Positions 38,770 through 47,847 are shown, counted from the first letter of the stretch. The stretch: DNA of 64,000 bases from Alphaproteobacteria bacterium (GCA_018222605.1 JAAEZZ010000006.1:18071-82070); one strand, 5' to 3'. The notes: generated by a model not told the origin, from the sequence alone. Numbers and translations: made by a program.

Positions 38770-38843
38770 TTACAGCGCATAATGTCTTGTTTTCCAAAAA
38801 TACATACAAAACAAGTACATAAAACTGTAGTTACTTGACGCAA

Positions 38844-38871
38844 AACTGTCACACAAAGTACTGTGACAGTT
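38844..38871. promoter_or_regulatory. 10-bp inverted repeat with 8-bp spacer in the AT-rich region upstream of the CAP gene
   Basis: AACTGTCACA caaagtac TGTGACAGTT is seen directly, 25 nt upstream of the ATG at 38896. Confidence 0.4.
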
Positions 38872-38895
38872 ATGTTGCAGATAAATTACAAATAT

Positions 38896-39690
38896 ATGTC
38901 AATCTCGGCTCTGGCGCTCGCGGCGCTGGGACTGACGGCCTACGCAGACTCCTCATGTGACCTCACCAACGGCTTGTCAGCCCAACCTGCTGCATTCCAG
39001 CAGGAAACCGAAGCTTGCTTTGAGGGATTGAACGGCGTCAAGTCTGACACCCTCATGCAGACTGAGCTGCGACGTCTAACGGAAGAGGCGCGGAGTGATC
39101 GTGGCAATAAAGACCTTGCCAACCTTGTGTCACTGAGTGAGGCAGCGCGAATTCACGGCTATGATATGGCCGTGCGTGATTATGTTGCGCACGATGATCC
39201 CGAAGGCCGCAGCCATCTTGATCGTGTTCGCCTGCTCGACCGGCGCGTGCTGATCGGCGCATTTGGGGCCAACATGGCTGTTGTTGACGAGAATGCGACC
39301 GCCGAAGAGGCATTTGCTGCACTGATGGCAGACCCGGCCAATGTCGCCAATCTCAACCGCTCGGCCTTCGACCATATGGGTATTGCAGCCATCAGGGCTG
39401 ATGGCCGCATTTACCTGATCCAGCTGTTCGCGCGTGTGGAAGGCCAGCTTGAGGCGCCTCTGCCGGCGAATATGTCTCAGCGTACGGACCTCAAGGCAGT
39501 CTTCGCGGAATCCCGCGCAGAGCCTGTCGGCTGGTCCGTCGTATCGGCGAATGGCGATGTCCTTGCGAAAGGGATTGGAGACACGGCGCCTGCTTCGCCC
39601 CTGAAAGGCCAGTCGGGTTATCTCAATATCGATATGGCGCTGGGCAAGGATCTTTACACGCTGAAAGGCCCCGCTGTTTCCCTTTTCTAG
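38896..39690 (+). CDS. CAP/SCP (YkwD-like) domain secreted protein
   Basis: Signal peptide MSISALALAALGLTAYA is present, with an SCP-like core HGYDMAVRDYVAHDDPEG. The track ORF starts at a GTG at 38863, inside the palindrome. Confidence 0.8.
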   Translation: MSISALALAALGLTAYADSSCDLTNGLSAQPAAFQQETEACFEGLNGVKSDTLMQTELRRLTEEARSDRGNKDLANLVSLSEAARIHGYDMAVRDYVAHDDPEGRSHLDRVRLLDRRVLIGAFGANMAVVDENATAEEAFAALMADPANVANLNRSAFDHMGIAAIRADGRIYLIQLFARVEGQLEAPLPANMSQRTDLKAVFAESRAEPVGWSVVSANGDVLAKGIGDTAPASPLKGQSGYLNIDMALGKDLYTLKGPAVSLF

Positions 39691-39719
39691 GCTGCGTCCC
39701 CTTTTGGCCCGGAAGCATA

Positions 39720-39747
39720 GGTCGGCTCTGCAGAGAGCCGACCTTTT
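39720..39747 (+). terminator. rho-independent terminator after the CAP gene
   Basis: A perfect 10-bp stem, GGTCGGCTCT gcag AGAGCCGACC, is followed by TTTT. Confidence 0.8.
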
Positions 39748-39827
39748 CGTGCGCCATTGCGTCCAAAGAGCTTAGCACGTTATGTGGTCGTGGTCTGCCT
39801 ACTTCACAAAGGCCTGAGAAGAGTTCC

Positions 39828-40739
39828 ATGCGATTCAGAGCCCTCGTTACTTCCTTTTATCTGCTCTGTGTTTTCTCAGGGGCAGGCTCGGCGCATGGCG
39901 ATGCGCGCAGGGTATGCGAGGCGCCAAGCGGGCCAATGATCCAGGACCTGCCGGCAGGCCGCTTCATGATGGGTAGTGAAGACTTTTATGCAGAAGAAGG
40001 CCCGGTTAATGAGATTACTTTGAAGGCGTTCCGCCTGGATGCCTTCGAGGTAACCAATGAGCGTTTTGCTGAATTTGTGGAAGCAACGGGCTATGTCACG
40101 GTGGCAGAGCGCCAACCTGATCCGAAGCTTCATCCTGATATTCCGCAGGAGATGCTGGCGCCCGGTTCGGCAGTATTTGTTCCGCCCTCTGTCAAATCGG
40201 CGAATTGGTGGCATTTCATTCCGGACGCATCCTGGCGGCATCCCGAGGGACCTCAAACCTCACTGGAGGGGAGGTGGCAGCATCCCGTTGTACATATCGC
40301 CTATGAAGACGCTGTTGCCTTTGCCAAATGGGCGGGCGGGCGTCTGCCGAGTGAAGCCGAATGGGAGTATGCGGCGCGTGGTGGCCTGGATAGGGCCACC
40401 TATAGTTGGGGCGAGACACCCCCGAATGATGAGCCTTATCGGGCCAATACGTGGCAGGGGCCATTCCCGCTCATCAATACAGGCGGCGACGGGTTTGTCA
40501 GAACATCTCCGGCAGGTTGCTATGAGGCAAACGGGTATGGTCTATACGATATGACAGGCAATGCCTGGGAATGGGTAGCCGACACGAACCTCGAGAAAAA
40601 TCAGGGCCTGCTCAAAGGCGGCTCTTTCCTCTGCGCGGAGAACTACTGCCGACGCTACCGCCCCGCTGCGCGCCATCCACAGGAGCTGGATTTCTCAGCC
40701 AGCCATATAGGCTTCCGCGTAGCATATGATGTGAAGTGA
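39828..40739 (+). CDS. formylglycine-generating enzyme family protein (SUMF1/FGE-sulfatase domain)
   Basis: A signal peptide and the motifs RLPSEAEWEYAARGG and GNAWEWV are present. Confidence 0.9.
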   Translation: MRFRALVTSFYLLCVFSGAGSAHGDARRVCEAPSGPMIQDLPAGRFMMGSEDFYAEEGPVNEITLKAFRLDAFEVTNERFAEFVEATGYVTVAERQPDPKLHPDIPQEMLAPGSAVFVPPSVKSANWWHFIPDASWRHPEGPQTSLEGRWQHPVVHIAYEDAVAFAKWAGGRLPSEAEWEYAARGGLDRATYSWGETPPNDEPYRANTWQGPFPLINTGGDGFVRTSPAGCYEANGYGLYDMTGNAWEWVADTNLEKNQGLLKGGSFLCAENYCRRYRPAARHPQELDFSASHIGFRVAYDVK

Positions 40740-40741
40740 CC

Positions 40742-40788
40742 TGGAGCGGGTGAAGGGAATCGAACCCTCGTCGTCAGCTTGGGAAGGT
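40742..40788 (-). other. displaced 3' portion of a tRNA-Gly(CCC) gene, the left attachment site of the prophage
   Basis: The reverse complement reads TTCCCAA GCTGA CGAC GAGGGTTCGATTCCCTT CACCCGC T CCA, that is anticodon loop, T arm and acceptor 3' strand. No D arm or 5' acceptor strand (GCGGGTG) lies upstream. Confidence 0.75.
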
Positions 40789-40883
40789 GATGACATTTCA
40801 ATGAAATCAATGCGTCGATGGAAAAAAACTGACCGGAAAACCTCAATAAGTACGTGAAGGACGGGCTCGCTGGAAAAAACTTT

Positions 40884-41936
40884 TCAGCCTGCTTTTGCCT
40901 CCATTTCAGCCAGCATGTCCGCATTGACGTAGATCCCACGCATCCGCGCACCCTGGCCAGGCGCCCACCCCATGTAGCGTTCGGCCTGTTCGTCGGAGCA
41001 GCCGTTAAGAAAGTGCAGCGTGGCGCGGGTTCCCCGGATGTCATGCAAGTGCAGATCCTTGGCCAGACCGTGCTTCCTCAGTTTCGGCATGATGCCGTTG
41101 TTCATGGAGTTGGCGCTTTTGAACGGCCGGCCCTTCTCTGTGGTCAGAACCGTGGTGGCATTGCGCGGGCACTCGTTCAGCAGTTCCCGGAGCTCAGGCG
41201 TCAGAGGGATGCGCGCATATAGCGGCTTTTTGGACGGGTCTTTCTTAACGCTCTTGTTCGTGCGCCGCTTGATATACCCCTTGTCCCACAAAATTTCGTT
41301 CCAGCGCAGCTGAGCGGCATCAGCGGGGCGCAGGCCGGTCAGCCACAGGAGGCGCAGGGCTCGTTCGCAGGATGGCGTCAGCACCGCTCTGGCGGCGATA
41401 TACGTTTCCTCCGGCCATGTGATCTCCGCGCGCGCGCCAATCTCTGACAGACGGGAAATGCCAGCCGCCGGATTGATCTGCATGTCCTCCCGGTCTTTCC
41501 CGAAGTTGAACAGGCCCACCAGGGTGGTCAGGGCCTTGTCGGCCTTGTTTGGTGTCGACGCCATGGACTTGTGCCACTTCTTGATCCGAGCCTTTGCGCC
41601 AGTCTTCTGGATGGCCGCGAGGCTGGTGGTTCCGAATACACGCTGGATCTCGTTCAGGTGCGATAGGTAGAGTTTCTGTGTGCTGTCTGCCATCGTTGGC
41701 AAGTGTTCGCGCTTGTAGTCCGCGATCAGGGCGGCGATGAAGCCCGGCGCCGGCCGAGAACTGGTGAACAAGGCAAGCCTTCCAGCGATCCGCCCGGCGA
41801 TTTTCGGGTCTTCGAGTTGCTTCAGTGCTTCTGCTTTGTTCGCGCAGCCCTCGATCTTGCCGACCCGCGGCGCCCCCTTGCCCTTGTAAGCGTACAGGTA
41901 GAGCGTGCTGGTGGCGGGTGACCAGACCTTATGCAT
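40884..41936 (-). CDS. int: tyrosine-type phage integrase
   Basis: Catalytic R (LWLTGLRPADA), HxxR (HLHDIRGTRAT) and Y (RGIYVNADM) are present. The start is chosen at MHKVW (ATG overlapping the upstream stop). Alternatives are 41990 or the track's 42170. Confidence 0.88.
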   Translation of the reverse strand: MHKVWSPATSTLYLYAYKGKGAPRVGKIEGCANKAEALKQLEDPKIAGRIAGRLALFTSSRPAPGFIAALIADYKREHLPTMADSTQKLYLSHLNEIQRVFGTTSLAAIQKTGAKARIKKWHKSMASTPNKADKALTTLVGLFNFGKDREDMQINPAAGISRLSEIGARAEITWPEETYIAARAVLTPSCERALRLLWLTGLRPADAAQLRWNEILWDKGYIKRRTNKSVKKDPSKKPLYARIPLTPELRELLNECPRNATTVLTTEKGRPFKSANSMNNGIMPKLRKHGLAKDLHLHDIRGTRATLHFLNGCSDEQAERYMGWAPGQGARMRGIYVNADMLAEMEAKAG

Positions 41937-42192
41937 CCCCGGAAAATCCAATCGCCGCGTCGATGTCCGCGAAATCTGCTTCCTCGTCATTGTCGTTCTC
42001 CCCACCCGCAGGCGAGCCAGAACGAACGATACCAGCCAATTCGTCAAGTCTCTGGCGGATCGCTGGAATGTAGAAAACCATCCCGCGGCCGACACCTGAA
42101 ACGGGATTAATGCCGAAATCGCGCGGATCTTTGCCGGCGAGCATGGTCTTGGCATCTTCGAGGCTGACACAGAGGACGGGTAGGGCTGTCAT
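41929..42192 (-). CDS. hypothetical protein in the excisionase position (87 aa)
   Basis: It is a small ORF immediately upstream of int, translationally coupled to it, with an acidic C-terminus. No motif was recognised. Confidence 0.45.
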   Translation of the reverse strand: MTALPVLCVSLEDAKTMLAGKDPRDFGINPVSGVGRGMVFYIPAIRQRLDELAGIVRSGSPAGGENDNDEEADFADIDAAIGFSGDA

Positions 42193-42437
42193 ACGAAATG
42201 CGCCCCATCGATCGCGTCCAGAGCAGCATCTGCGAGCGCGCGGTCAAAACGGTCGGCAAGGCTCACGGGAATGCGGTTCGCGCACGCAGCCTCGTGATAA
42301 GAGCGCGTGACAGCCCTGAGGCGCTTGCGAGCGCGCTTGCCCACCAGCGGCCAGTGGCGCGAGCAGAACCACCAGTAATAGCGGTTCCGGGCCTTGCAGT
42401 TGCAGAAGGGGAGCGCGCAGGGGGTCATTTCACCCAT
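42189..42437 (-). CDS. hypothetical Cys-rich small protein (82 aa)
   Basis: It contains CALPFCNCK...FCSRH and has an ATGA-type overlap with its neighbour. Confidence 0.5.
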   Translation of the reverse strand: MGEMTPCALPFCNCKARNRYYWWFCSRHWPLVGKRARKRLRAVTRSYHEAACANRIPVSLADRFDRALADAALDAIDGAHFV

Positions 42438-42889
42438 CCCATTTGCCGAATGTAGGTTTCCGGGTCAGCGCCGTGATCAATACCGGCACACAATTCATTC
42501 CGGGCCAAAGGAAGAAGCTTCTCCACCGGGTCACAGCCATCGTCATCAGCTGTGATGGCCGATGGCCAAAGCTTCACGACCCCCGCCTCGTTCTGCAGCC
42601 GAAGGTGCTCCTGTTCATCTTGATCAATGTAGACCAGCCACTTCCGGCCGCTGCGGCCTATGACGGTTCCCATAACCCCGTCGACGTCTGAAGGATGATA
42701 TCCATCATCATAGTCTCCAGCATATTTGAGGTAGACGGATACGCGCTGACCGGGTGTGAACAGGTTGCGATAGTCTGGGCACCGAATTCGGACGGCCGTT
42801 ACTGGCGCGCCGCGCATCTGTTTCTGAACAGCCTCTTTCCGCGCGCATGGGTTCATGGGGCATTGGGTGCAAGGGGTGTAGCTAGCCAT
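42425..42889 (-). CDS. hypothetical protein (154 aa)
   Basis: It is a packed operon member with an N-terminal CTQCPMNPC. No family was recognised. Confidence 0.5.
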   Translation of the reverse strand: MASYTPCTQCPMNPCARKEAVQKQMRGAPVTAVRIRCPDYRNLFTPGQRVSVYLKYAGDYDDGYHPSDVDGVMGTVIGRSGRKWLVYIDQDEQEHLRLQNEAGVVKLWPSAITADDDGCDPVEKLLPLARNELCAGIDHGADPETYIRQMGWVK

Positions 42890-43358
42890 TCGTCTTCTCC
42901 CGTTTCTGCTGCTCTTTCACCCACCTCCGAACGTCCGTGTAGGTGGTATTTTTCAGGATTGCGTAAGCCTGCCGGCACTGCTCAATGCTGAACATGCCAG
43001 TGTGGCAGTCATCCTCTGAAATCCCCATTTCGGCGGCCAGGTATCGATACACGCGGCGTCGCATCATGGACCGCAATTGATGCGGCTCCAGCTTGCCCTT
43101 GCCTTTGTACTGATCCGGTATTGTTCTCCACAGTGGGTCCAGAACCCGGTGAACATAGGAGCGTGCATTCCGGGTTTCCGGTCCAGCGGTTGATCCAAGC
43201 GGGTCTTGCGTGCCGGGATGGCATCCGCAGTACGCCCCGCACGGACAAAGCCAGATTGGCTTGTCAGCAAGGTCTGGGCGGTGCGGATAGATAACAGCCC
43301 CGGTCACTAGGTCTGGAGTATTGCAGCCGCAATCTGTGCAGGGCAGGTGATCAGTCAT
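42882..43358 (-). CDS. zinc-finger protein, DUF3268-like
   Basis: The pattern CTDCGC...IYPHRPDLADKPIWLCPCGAYCGCH resembles the phage DUF3268 zinc-finger family, identified from memory. Confidence 0.6.
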   Translation of the reverse strand: MTDHLPCTDCGCNTPDLVTGAVIYPHRPDLADKPIWLCPCGAYCGCHPGTQDPLGSTAGPETRNARSYVHRVLDPLWRTIPDQYKGKGKLEPHQLRSMMRRRVYRYLAAEMGISEDDCHTGMFSIEQCRQAYAILKNTTYTDVRRWVKEQQKREKTNG

Positions 43359-43953
43359 CGCCCATCTCCTTCAGGGCATCGACATTCGCGCGGATCACCT
43401 CGAACTGGATCGCCACCACCATCGGATTGTCCGCCCACGTTTCGCCGGGCTTGGTGTAGAGCGTGTCCCAGAGGGCGTGAAACCAATCGCGGTCGCTTTC
43501 GCCGCACATCGGTTCAGAGCATTCATAACCGCCGTCCGGCCCGCTGTTCACCCATCCGCAGCCACCGCACATTTGGCACTCTGGCCTGCCTTCCGCGTAA
43601 GCGTCTTCATTGCTGATCCGCTGTATCGGATCGAAGAACACGCGATTGACGCGCAGGGTGAGGCGGGATGCCCAGCGGGGCATGTGGATTGAGGGGCGCC
43701 AACCGGACGCTGGCGGTGAACGATCCCAGCCCGATCTGTGGATGACGCTATCGCCTCCACTCGGATGCTTCATGCAATCGCTCTCCGGGTAGGCGTTCCT
43801 GCCGCAATAGGCGAACGCCTCCCGCACATAGAGCAGGTCCCCCACCTCGGTCTTCGACAACGGGCAGGGCGTGATGCGGCGGGTCTGGGTTTTCGTGCCG
43901 GCAAGCAGCGCACGGACCATCGGGCCGCTGAAGATAATGGGTCTAATGGTCAC
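43351..43953 (-). CDS. ASCH-like phage protein (200 aa)
   Basis: The N-terminal IIFSGPMVRALLAGTKTQTRR block is common in prophage ASCH-type proteins. An internal CQMCGGCG is also present. Confidence 0.6.
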   Translation of the reverse strand: MTIRPIIFSGPMVRALLAGTKTQTRRITPCPLSKTEVGDLLYVREAFAYCGRNAYPESDCMKHPSGGDSVIHRSGWDRSPPASGWRPSIHMPRWASRLTLRVNRVFFDPIQRISNEDAYAEGRPECQMCGGCGWVNSGPDGGYECSEPMCGESDRDWFHALWDTLYTKPGETWADNPMVVAIQFEVIRANVDALKEMGDD

Positions 43954-44693
43954 GACTCCCTCCCTTCCAGCATGGCGAGGACACGGTCTGTCAACTTGCG
44001 CGCCAGCTCATCTTCATAAGCGCTTGCAAGTTCATACCGTTCTGCCTCCACAATTTTGCGCATTATACTGAAATTCATGGTCACACCTGATCGGATGGCA
44101 GACCACAAAGCCCCCTCATTTGCATCCACTGCCGGAGCGGGTGGGACAGGGATTGGCAGGGCTGAACCTGTGGGCTTTCGAGCCTGTTTTTCGCGGATTT
44201 GGTTTACTATTCCCCATATGCGATTCAGCTCGACGTCGCCCGCCTCATGCATATCGATGTTGTTGGCTAGGCAGAGCGCAGCCAATGTGATCATCACACC
44301 GCCAACCTCTTGGGCTGTTTCTCCTTTTGGGCGTTCATAAACATAATCCAGCAGCGATAAAACGCGCTCTCTGGGATAGTCACATGACTGAACAAGCTCT
44401 AGGGCCTCTTCAATAAAACGGTCATTTCTCTCCAGTCTGTCTGCAGATATTACCGGGCCGAAACATGCGTCCATCCATGGCTTGACGCGATCCTGGAGGT
44501 TTTTTGTGTCCAATGCGGGGGCGGTGGACATCGTATTGATGGCGGCGTTGGCCTCGATGATCAGGGATTCATATACGTGGTGCTGCCCCTCGCTGTTAAG
44601 TTCATCGAACTCGTAACAGTTCTTCATACCTGCAGTGCGAGCCGCGTAGATCGCCCGCGCCACCCGCTCCACCATATCGCTGTTATCGGTCAT
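43950..44693 (-). CDS. protein with a MazG-like NTP pyrophosphohydrolase-type helical core
   Basis: FIEEALELVQ ... AQEVGGVMITLAALCLANNIDMHEA resembles the MazG EExxE / D motif arrangement. This is inference. Confidence 0.5.
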   Translation of the reverse strand: MTDNSDMVERVARAIYAARTAGMKNCYEFDELNSEGQHHVYESLIIEANAAINTMSTAPALDTKNLQDRVKPWMDACFGPVISADRLERNDRFIEEALELVQSCDYPRERVLSLLDYVYERPKGETAQEVGGVMITLAALCLANNIDMHEAGDVELNRIWGIVNQIREKQARKPTGSALPIPVPPAPAVDANEGALWSAIRSGVTMNFSIMRKIVEAERYELASAYEDELARKLTDRVLAMLEGRES

Positions 44694-45195
44694 GCTGTTT
44701 CTCCCAAAGCGGTAATGTATCGGGTGGAACTTGCCTCTGCACGCGTCCGCCCGGCCATGAAATCATCCACGGCAATGCTGGCATTATCTGTTCATGTGGA
44801 TACTTGCGGCTTGTGGACTCCCAATCAAACCACCCCAGCTGGCCCTTGCAGGGTTTTGGCTCGCAGGGTTCTGGATTTTCCAACACAAGGCCGCGAGGGC
44901 CAAAGAACCATTGGCTGGTTCGTTCACTGACCACATCCACAAGTCTAACCGACCCGATTACCGCCCCCCTGATCAATTCATCTGGACGAGGGCATTCGAC
45001 ACCAATTGTAGACATGTATTCTGCAGCGCTTTCGTATTCCGCGCGCGTCATTCCCCTCGCTGCGTGTATGACAATTCTGGAACCAAGCAGGAAGTGCGTC
45101 CCTATCGGGGCTTTGGTGCGGTTTTCAACATCCTTGCCGCCGTAAATGATTGCCCATGCCCACGGCTGGCGGACAGACAGAGTTCGAGCGCTCAT
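44683..45195 (-). CDS. ASCH domain protein
   Basis: LSVRQPWAWAIIYGGKDVENR is present. The start is at MSARTL (45195), with an ATGA overlap onto the upstream stop. Confidence 0.7.
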   Translation of the reverse strand: MSARTLSVRQPWAWAIIYGGKDVENRTKAPIGTHFLLGSRIVIHAARGMTRAEYESAAEYMSTIGVECPRPDELIRGAVIGSVRLVDVVSERTSQWFFGPRGLVLENPEPCEPKPCKGQLGWFDWESTSRKYPHEQIMPALPWMISWPGGRVQRQVPPDTLPLWEKQHDR

Positions 45196-45620
45196 CCCTC
45201 GCCCCCTCCCTGCTTGGAGAGGGCGGCGTTGGCGCAACCTACTAGCTCATCAATGCACTGACGCGTGGCGGAAGAGCCGGAAGTCAGCCCAAAATTATCA
45301 TGCGAGGCTATTTCACCTAAAGCAGCCCTCAGCCTCTCGATCTCCGCCTGCATTGCTGCGCGCTCGGAAAGAATGGAGGGGAGCCCAGACCGTGCCCAAT
45401 CAAGCACTAATTCGTCCGCATGATTCATACAGCTTGAGCAGGTGTCCTCCGGTTCAGAGCGGGCTACTTCGGAACCCCCGCACCGCGCGCAAACAAGCCA
45501 ACCAAGGTTGGACGTATCATCTGGGTCAGGCACAAACGCCGTTGGTGTATACGCCTCAGTCAGCTTTTTACTTAGCTCTTCCAGCTTCTCCCAATCAACT
45601 GTCACTGTGGGGTCACTCAT
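45192..45620 (-). CDS. hypothetical protein (142 aa)
   Basis: It is a packed operon member with CARCGGSE...CSSC. The start is chosen at the second Met. Confidence 0.5.
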   Translation of the reverse strand: MSDPTVTVDWEKLEELSKKLTEAYTPTAFVPDPDDTSNLGWLVCARCGGSEVARSEPEDTCSSCMNHADELVLDWARSGLPSILSERAAMQAEIERLRAALGEIASHDNFGLTSGSSATRQCIDELVGCANAALSKQGGGEG

Positions 45621-45876
45621 TCGCCTGGTCCTTTCCATACAATGCCTTCATGACTACACGGTGCGCCTTGGCGCGCTTTTCGTAGAGTTCTCTGGTGATA
45701 TATCCATATGTGCCGTGCTCGCCGCCGCAGACTGGGCACGGCACATATTGGCAGCCACATAGGCACATATCGCCGCCGCAATGACAGTTGACTTCTCCGT
45801 GTCCGTCGCACCGATCACAAATAACCATGTCCTCGTCAAAGTGCGGGTCCTCATCACGGATGAAGTCGTCAGACAT
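45613..45876 (-). CDS. hypothetical Cys-rich (DnaJ-type zinc-finger-like) small protein
   Basis: ICDRCDGHGEVNCHCGGDMCLCGCQYVPCPVCGGEHG is present. The start is at MSDDF, 1 nt after the exonuclease stop. Confidence 0.55.
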   Translation of the reverse strand: MSDDFIRDEDPHFDEDMVICDRCDGHGEVNCHCGGDMCLCGCQYVPCPVCGGEHGTYGYITRELYEKRAKAHRVVMKALYGKDQANE

Positions 45877-45877
45877 T

Positions 45878-46585
45878 TCACCGCTCCCCCAAATAGTGAC
45901 GGACGGTGTGCGAAGTATCCTCATCCCATGCGGGTGAGCCATCCGGCGCCGGGCCTTGGCTGTTCATCCACTCCAGGTAAGAGCGGGGAACATCAGCCCA
46001 GGGAGTGCCGTTGTGCTTCCCGAACGTGCAGACCCGAAGCAGGCGCGGCCGTGAGGAAACCTCAAGCATGCGCTCTATGGTCCAGCCGCGGCTTCTGAGG
46101 TCATCGAGAATGCCGAGCGTGGTGTAGCAATCATAGAGCGCGCGGTGCGCGTGGCCTGTTCCCTCTGGCGGGCGCGGTGTGCCCAGCCAATAAGACAGCG
46201 CCTGATTGCCATATGACGGCGCATCGTGAAATTCTTCGTACGCGCACTTCATCGTGCATATCCACTTGTCGCCAAGCTGGCCGACGAACTTCCTGTCAAA
46301 GCCTGCATTGTGAGCCACATAGACATCTGCCCCTCGGAACAGGTGTAATGCGTCGTCAAAGGATGGCGCGTTTCGTACATCCGCATCTGTGATGTGGTGG
46401 ATTGCCGAGGCAGTTGCCGGGATCGGAATTCCAGGGTGGACAAGCGTCTGTATAGGGGAGCCCATTTTAAAGCGCGTCATGCCAGGATGCTGCTCCAGTG
46501 GAATAGCGGCGATCTCAACCACCTTGGCATTGGCTTCAACGCCTGTAGTTTCCGTGTCGATGACTGATAGTTTCACCATGATCAC
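45878..46585 (-). CDS. DEDDh 3'-5' exonuclease (ExoX/DnaQ-like) with a DUF3820-like C-terminus
   Basis: ExoI VIDTETTG, ExoII AHNAGFD and ExoIII HRALYD are present. The C-terminus reads FGKHNGTPWADVPRSYLEWM. Confidence 0.85.
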   Translation of the reverse strand: MIMVKLSVIDTETTGVEANAKVVEIAAIPLEQHPGMTRFKMGSPIQTLVHPGIPIPATASAIHHITDADVRNAPSFDDALHLFRGADVYVAHNAGFDRKFVGQLGDKWICTMKCAYEEFHDAPSYGNQALSYWLGTPRPPEGTGHAHRALYDCYTTLGILDDLRSRGWTIERMLEVSSRPRLLRVCTFGKHNGTPWADVPRSYLEWMNSQGPAPDGSPAWDEDTSHTVRHYLGER

Positions 46586-47838
46586 ACCTCCTCATCTGCG
46601 GCAGGCGAATTCATTGCGTCACTGATGATCTGTTTGGCCTCGTCGGAGATACGAGCAGCCTGGTCCATCTGCCGGTCGAACTTGCCGCCGATGTTCAGAT
46701 CCCCACGCTCTGCCTTGGTGAGCGACCTATACCAGGCGGCCCATGACTGGGCGTAAGCCTCGGCGCCCTCAGCGGTCGGGATCACACTGGTGGGCGGCTC
46801 CTTCACCTCCGGCGAGGTGGCAGCATCAAGTGCATCCTCGACAGCTTTGGCCGCGCTGGTCTGACCGGATGGGGCAGGCTTCTTCAGCTTCGCGCCGTTG
46901 GCGTCCGTGGCAGGCTCGCCGCCGAGCAGGTCACCTTGCGGTGCTGGGGCCTCCGGTTCGGCCTTTCTCCCACTCTCCAATTCTTCACGGTAAGCACGGA
47001 GAACCTGATCCTCGGTCATATCGGTTGAATCGTCCTGATCGGTCACCGATGCCGGGCGGGCTTTTTCACAAGTGCCGGCGTCTGAACCCTCCTCGAACTC
47101 CGCATCCTGAGGCTCTGGTTCATCCGGGACCGGATCGTCCGCCCTCGCCTTTGCCGCCTCCGCGCGCTCCTGGCTGGACCGCTCGATGGAGGCGGAAAGT
47201 TTGGCGGCGGGATCGTCGGACTTCGCAGGCGTGACATTGACCACTCCACGCTCGAACTCATCGACGTCATAAATTCCCATAAGCAGGTCCGGCGCGTGAC
47301 GGCGGCACCATGCACGCGACCCGTAATAGCCGATTTGCATCTGAGGGTCGGTTTTCCAGAGCGGGGAGTTCTGAGGCTTGATGTCCCGCTTAAGCGGGGT
47401 CTCAAGTTCCAGGACTTCCGGCTCGCCCTTGATGCGACCCGTTACGGTGACTTTCAGATTGTCACCCTCGCCCTCGAAGCGGTACTTCAGGCGACCCTCC
47501 AGATACCCTGTGGCGTAGATCATCGCGTTGATGGCCTGCGATTCATAGGCAATGTTGTCGTTTACAAGGTAGGCTTTCGCAGCCAGAGCGAACGGGGCGA
47601 TGCCGAACCGACTGGCGGTTTCGATGATACCGAGACAGGCGCCCACGTTACCGCGCAGGGGTGCACGGATCATGCTGCCGGAGCCAGCCATAGCGGCGGC
47701 ATACTCCATGACCTGACCCATGTTCGCGAAGGCGGGAAGGTGTCCCCGGCCATGCGCGACAACCGCGATCTCGCTGCCTCTTTGTTTTGCCTCACTCAGG
47801 GTGCGGGGAACATTCGTCGTTTGATTTCCATCTGCCAT
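46582..47838 (-). CDS. recT: RecT-family single-strand annealing protein with a long acidic/Pro-rich C-terminal extension
   Basis: A RecT core occupies the first ~215 aa (for example NSPLWKTDPQMQIGYYGSRAW). About 200 aa of low-complexity acidic tail follows. Confidence 0.8.
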   Translation of the reverse strand: MADGNQTTNVPRTLSEAKQRGSEIAVVAHGRGHLPAFANMGQVMEYAAAMAGSGSMIRAPLRGNVGACLGIIETASRFGIAPFALAAKAYLVNDNIAYESQAINAMIYATGYLEGRLKYRFEGEGDNLKVTVTGRIKGEPEVLELETPLKRDIKPQNSPLWKTDPQMQIGYYGSRAWCRRHAPDLLMGIYDVDEFERGVVNVTPAKSDDPAAKLSASIERSSQERAEAAKARADDPVPDEPEPQDAEFEEGSDAGTCEKARPASVTDQDDSTDMTEDQVLRAYREELESGRKAEPEAPAPQGDLLGGEPATDANGAKLKKPAPSGQTSAAKAVEDALDAATSPEVKEPPTSVIPTAEGAEAYAQSWAAWYRSLTKAERGDLNIGGKFDRQMDQAARISDEAKQIISDAMNSPAADEEV

Positions 47839-47847
47839 GTTGGCCTC

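Noticed and set aside
40742-40816. An intact tRNA-Gly gene on the minus strand.
   Set aside because: Only the anticodon loop to CCA portion is tRNA-like. The sequence where the D arm and 5' acceptor strand should be (CGACGCATTGATTTCATTGAAATGTCA) cannot form them.
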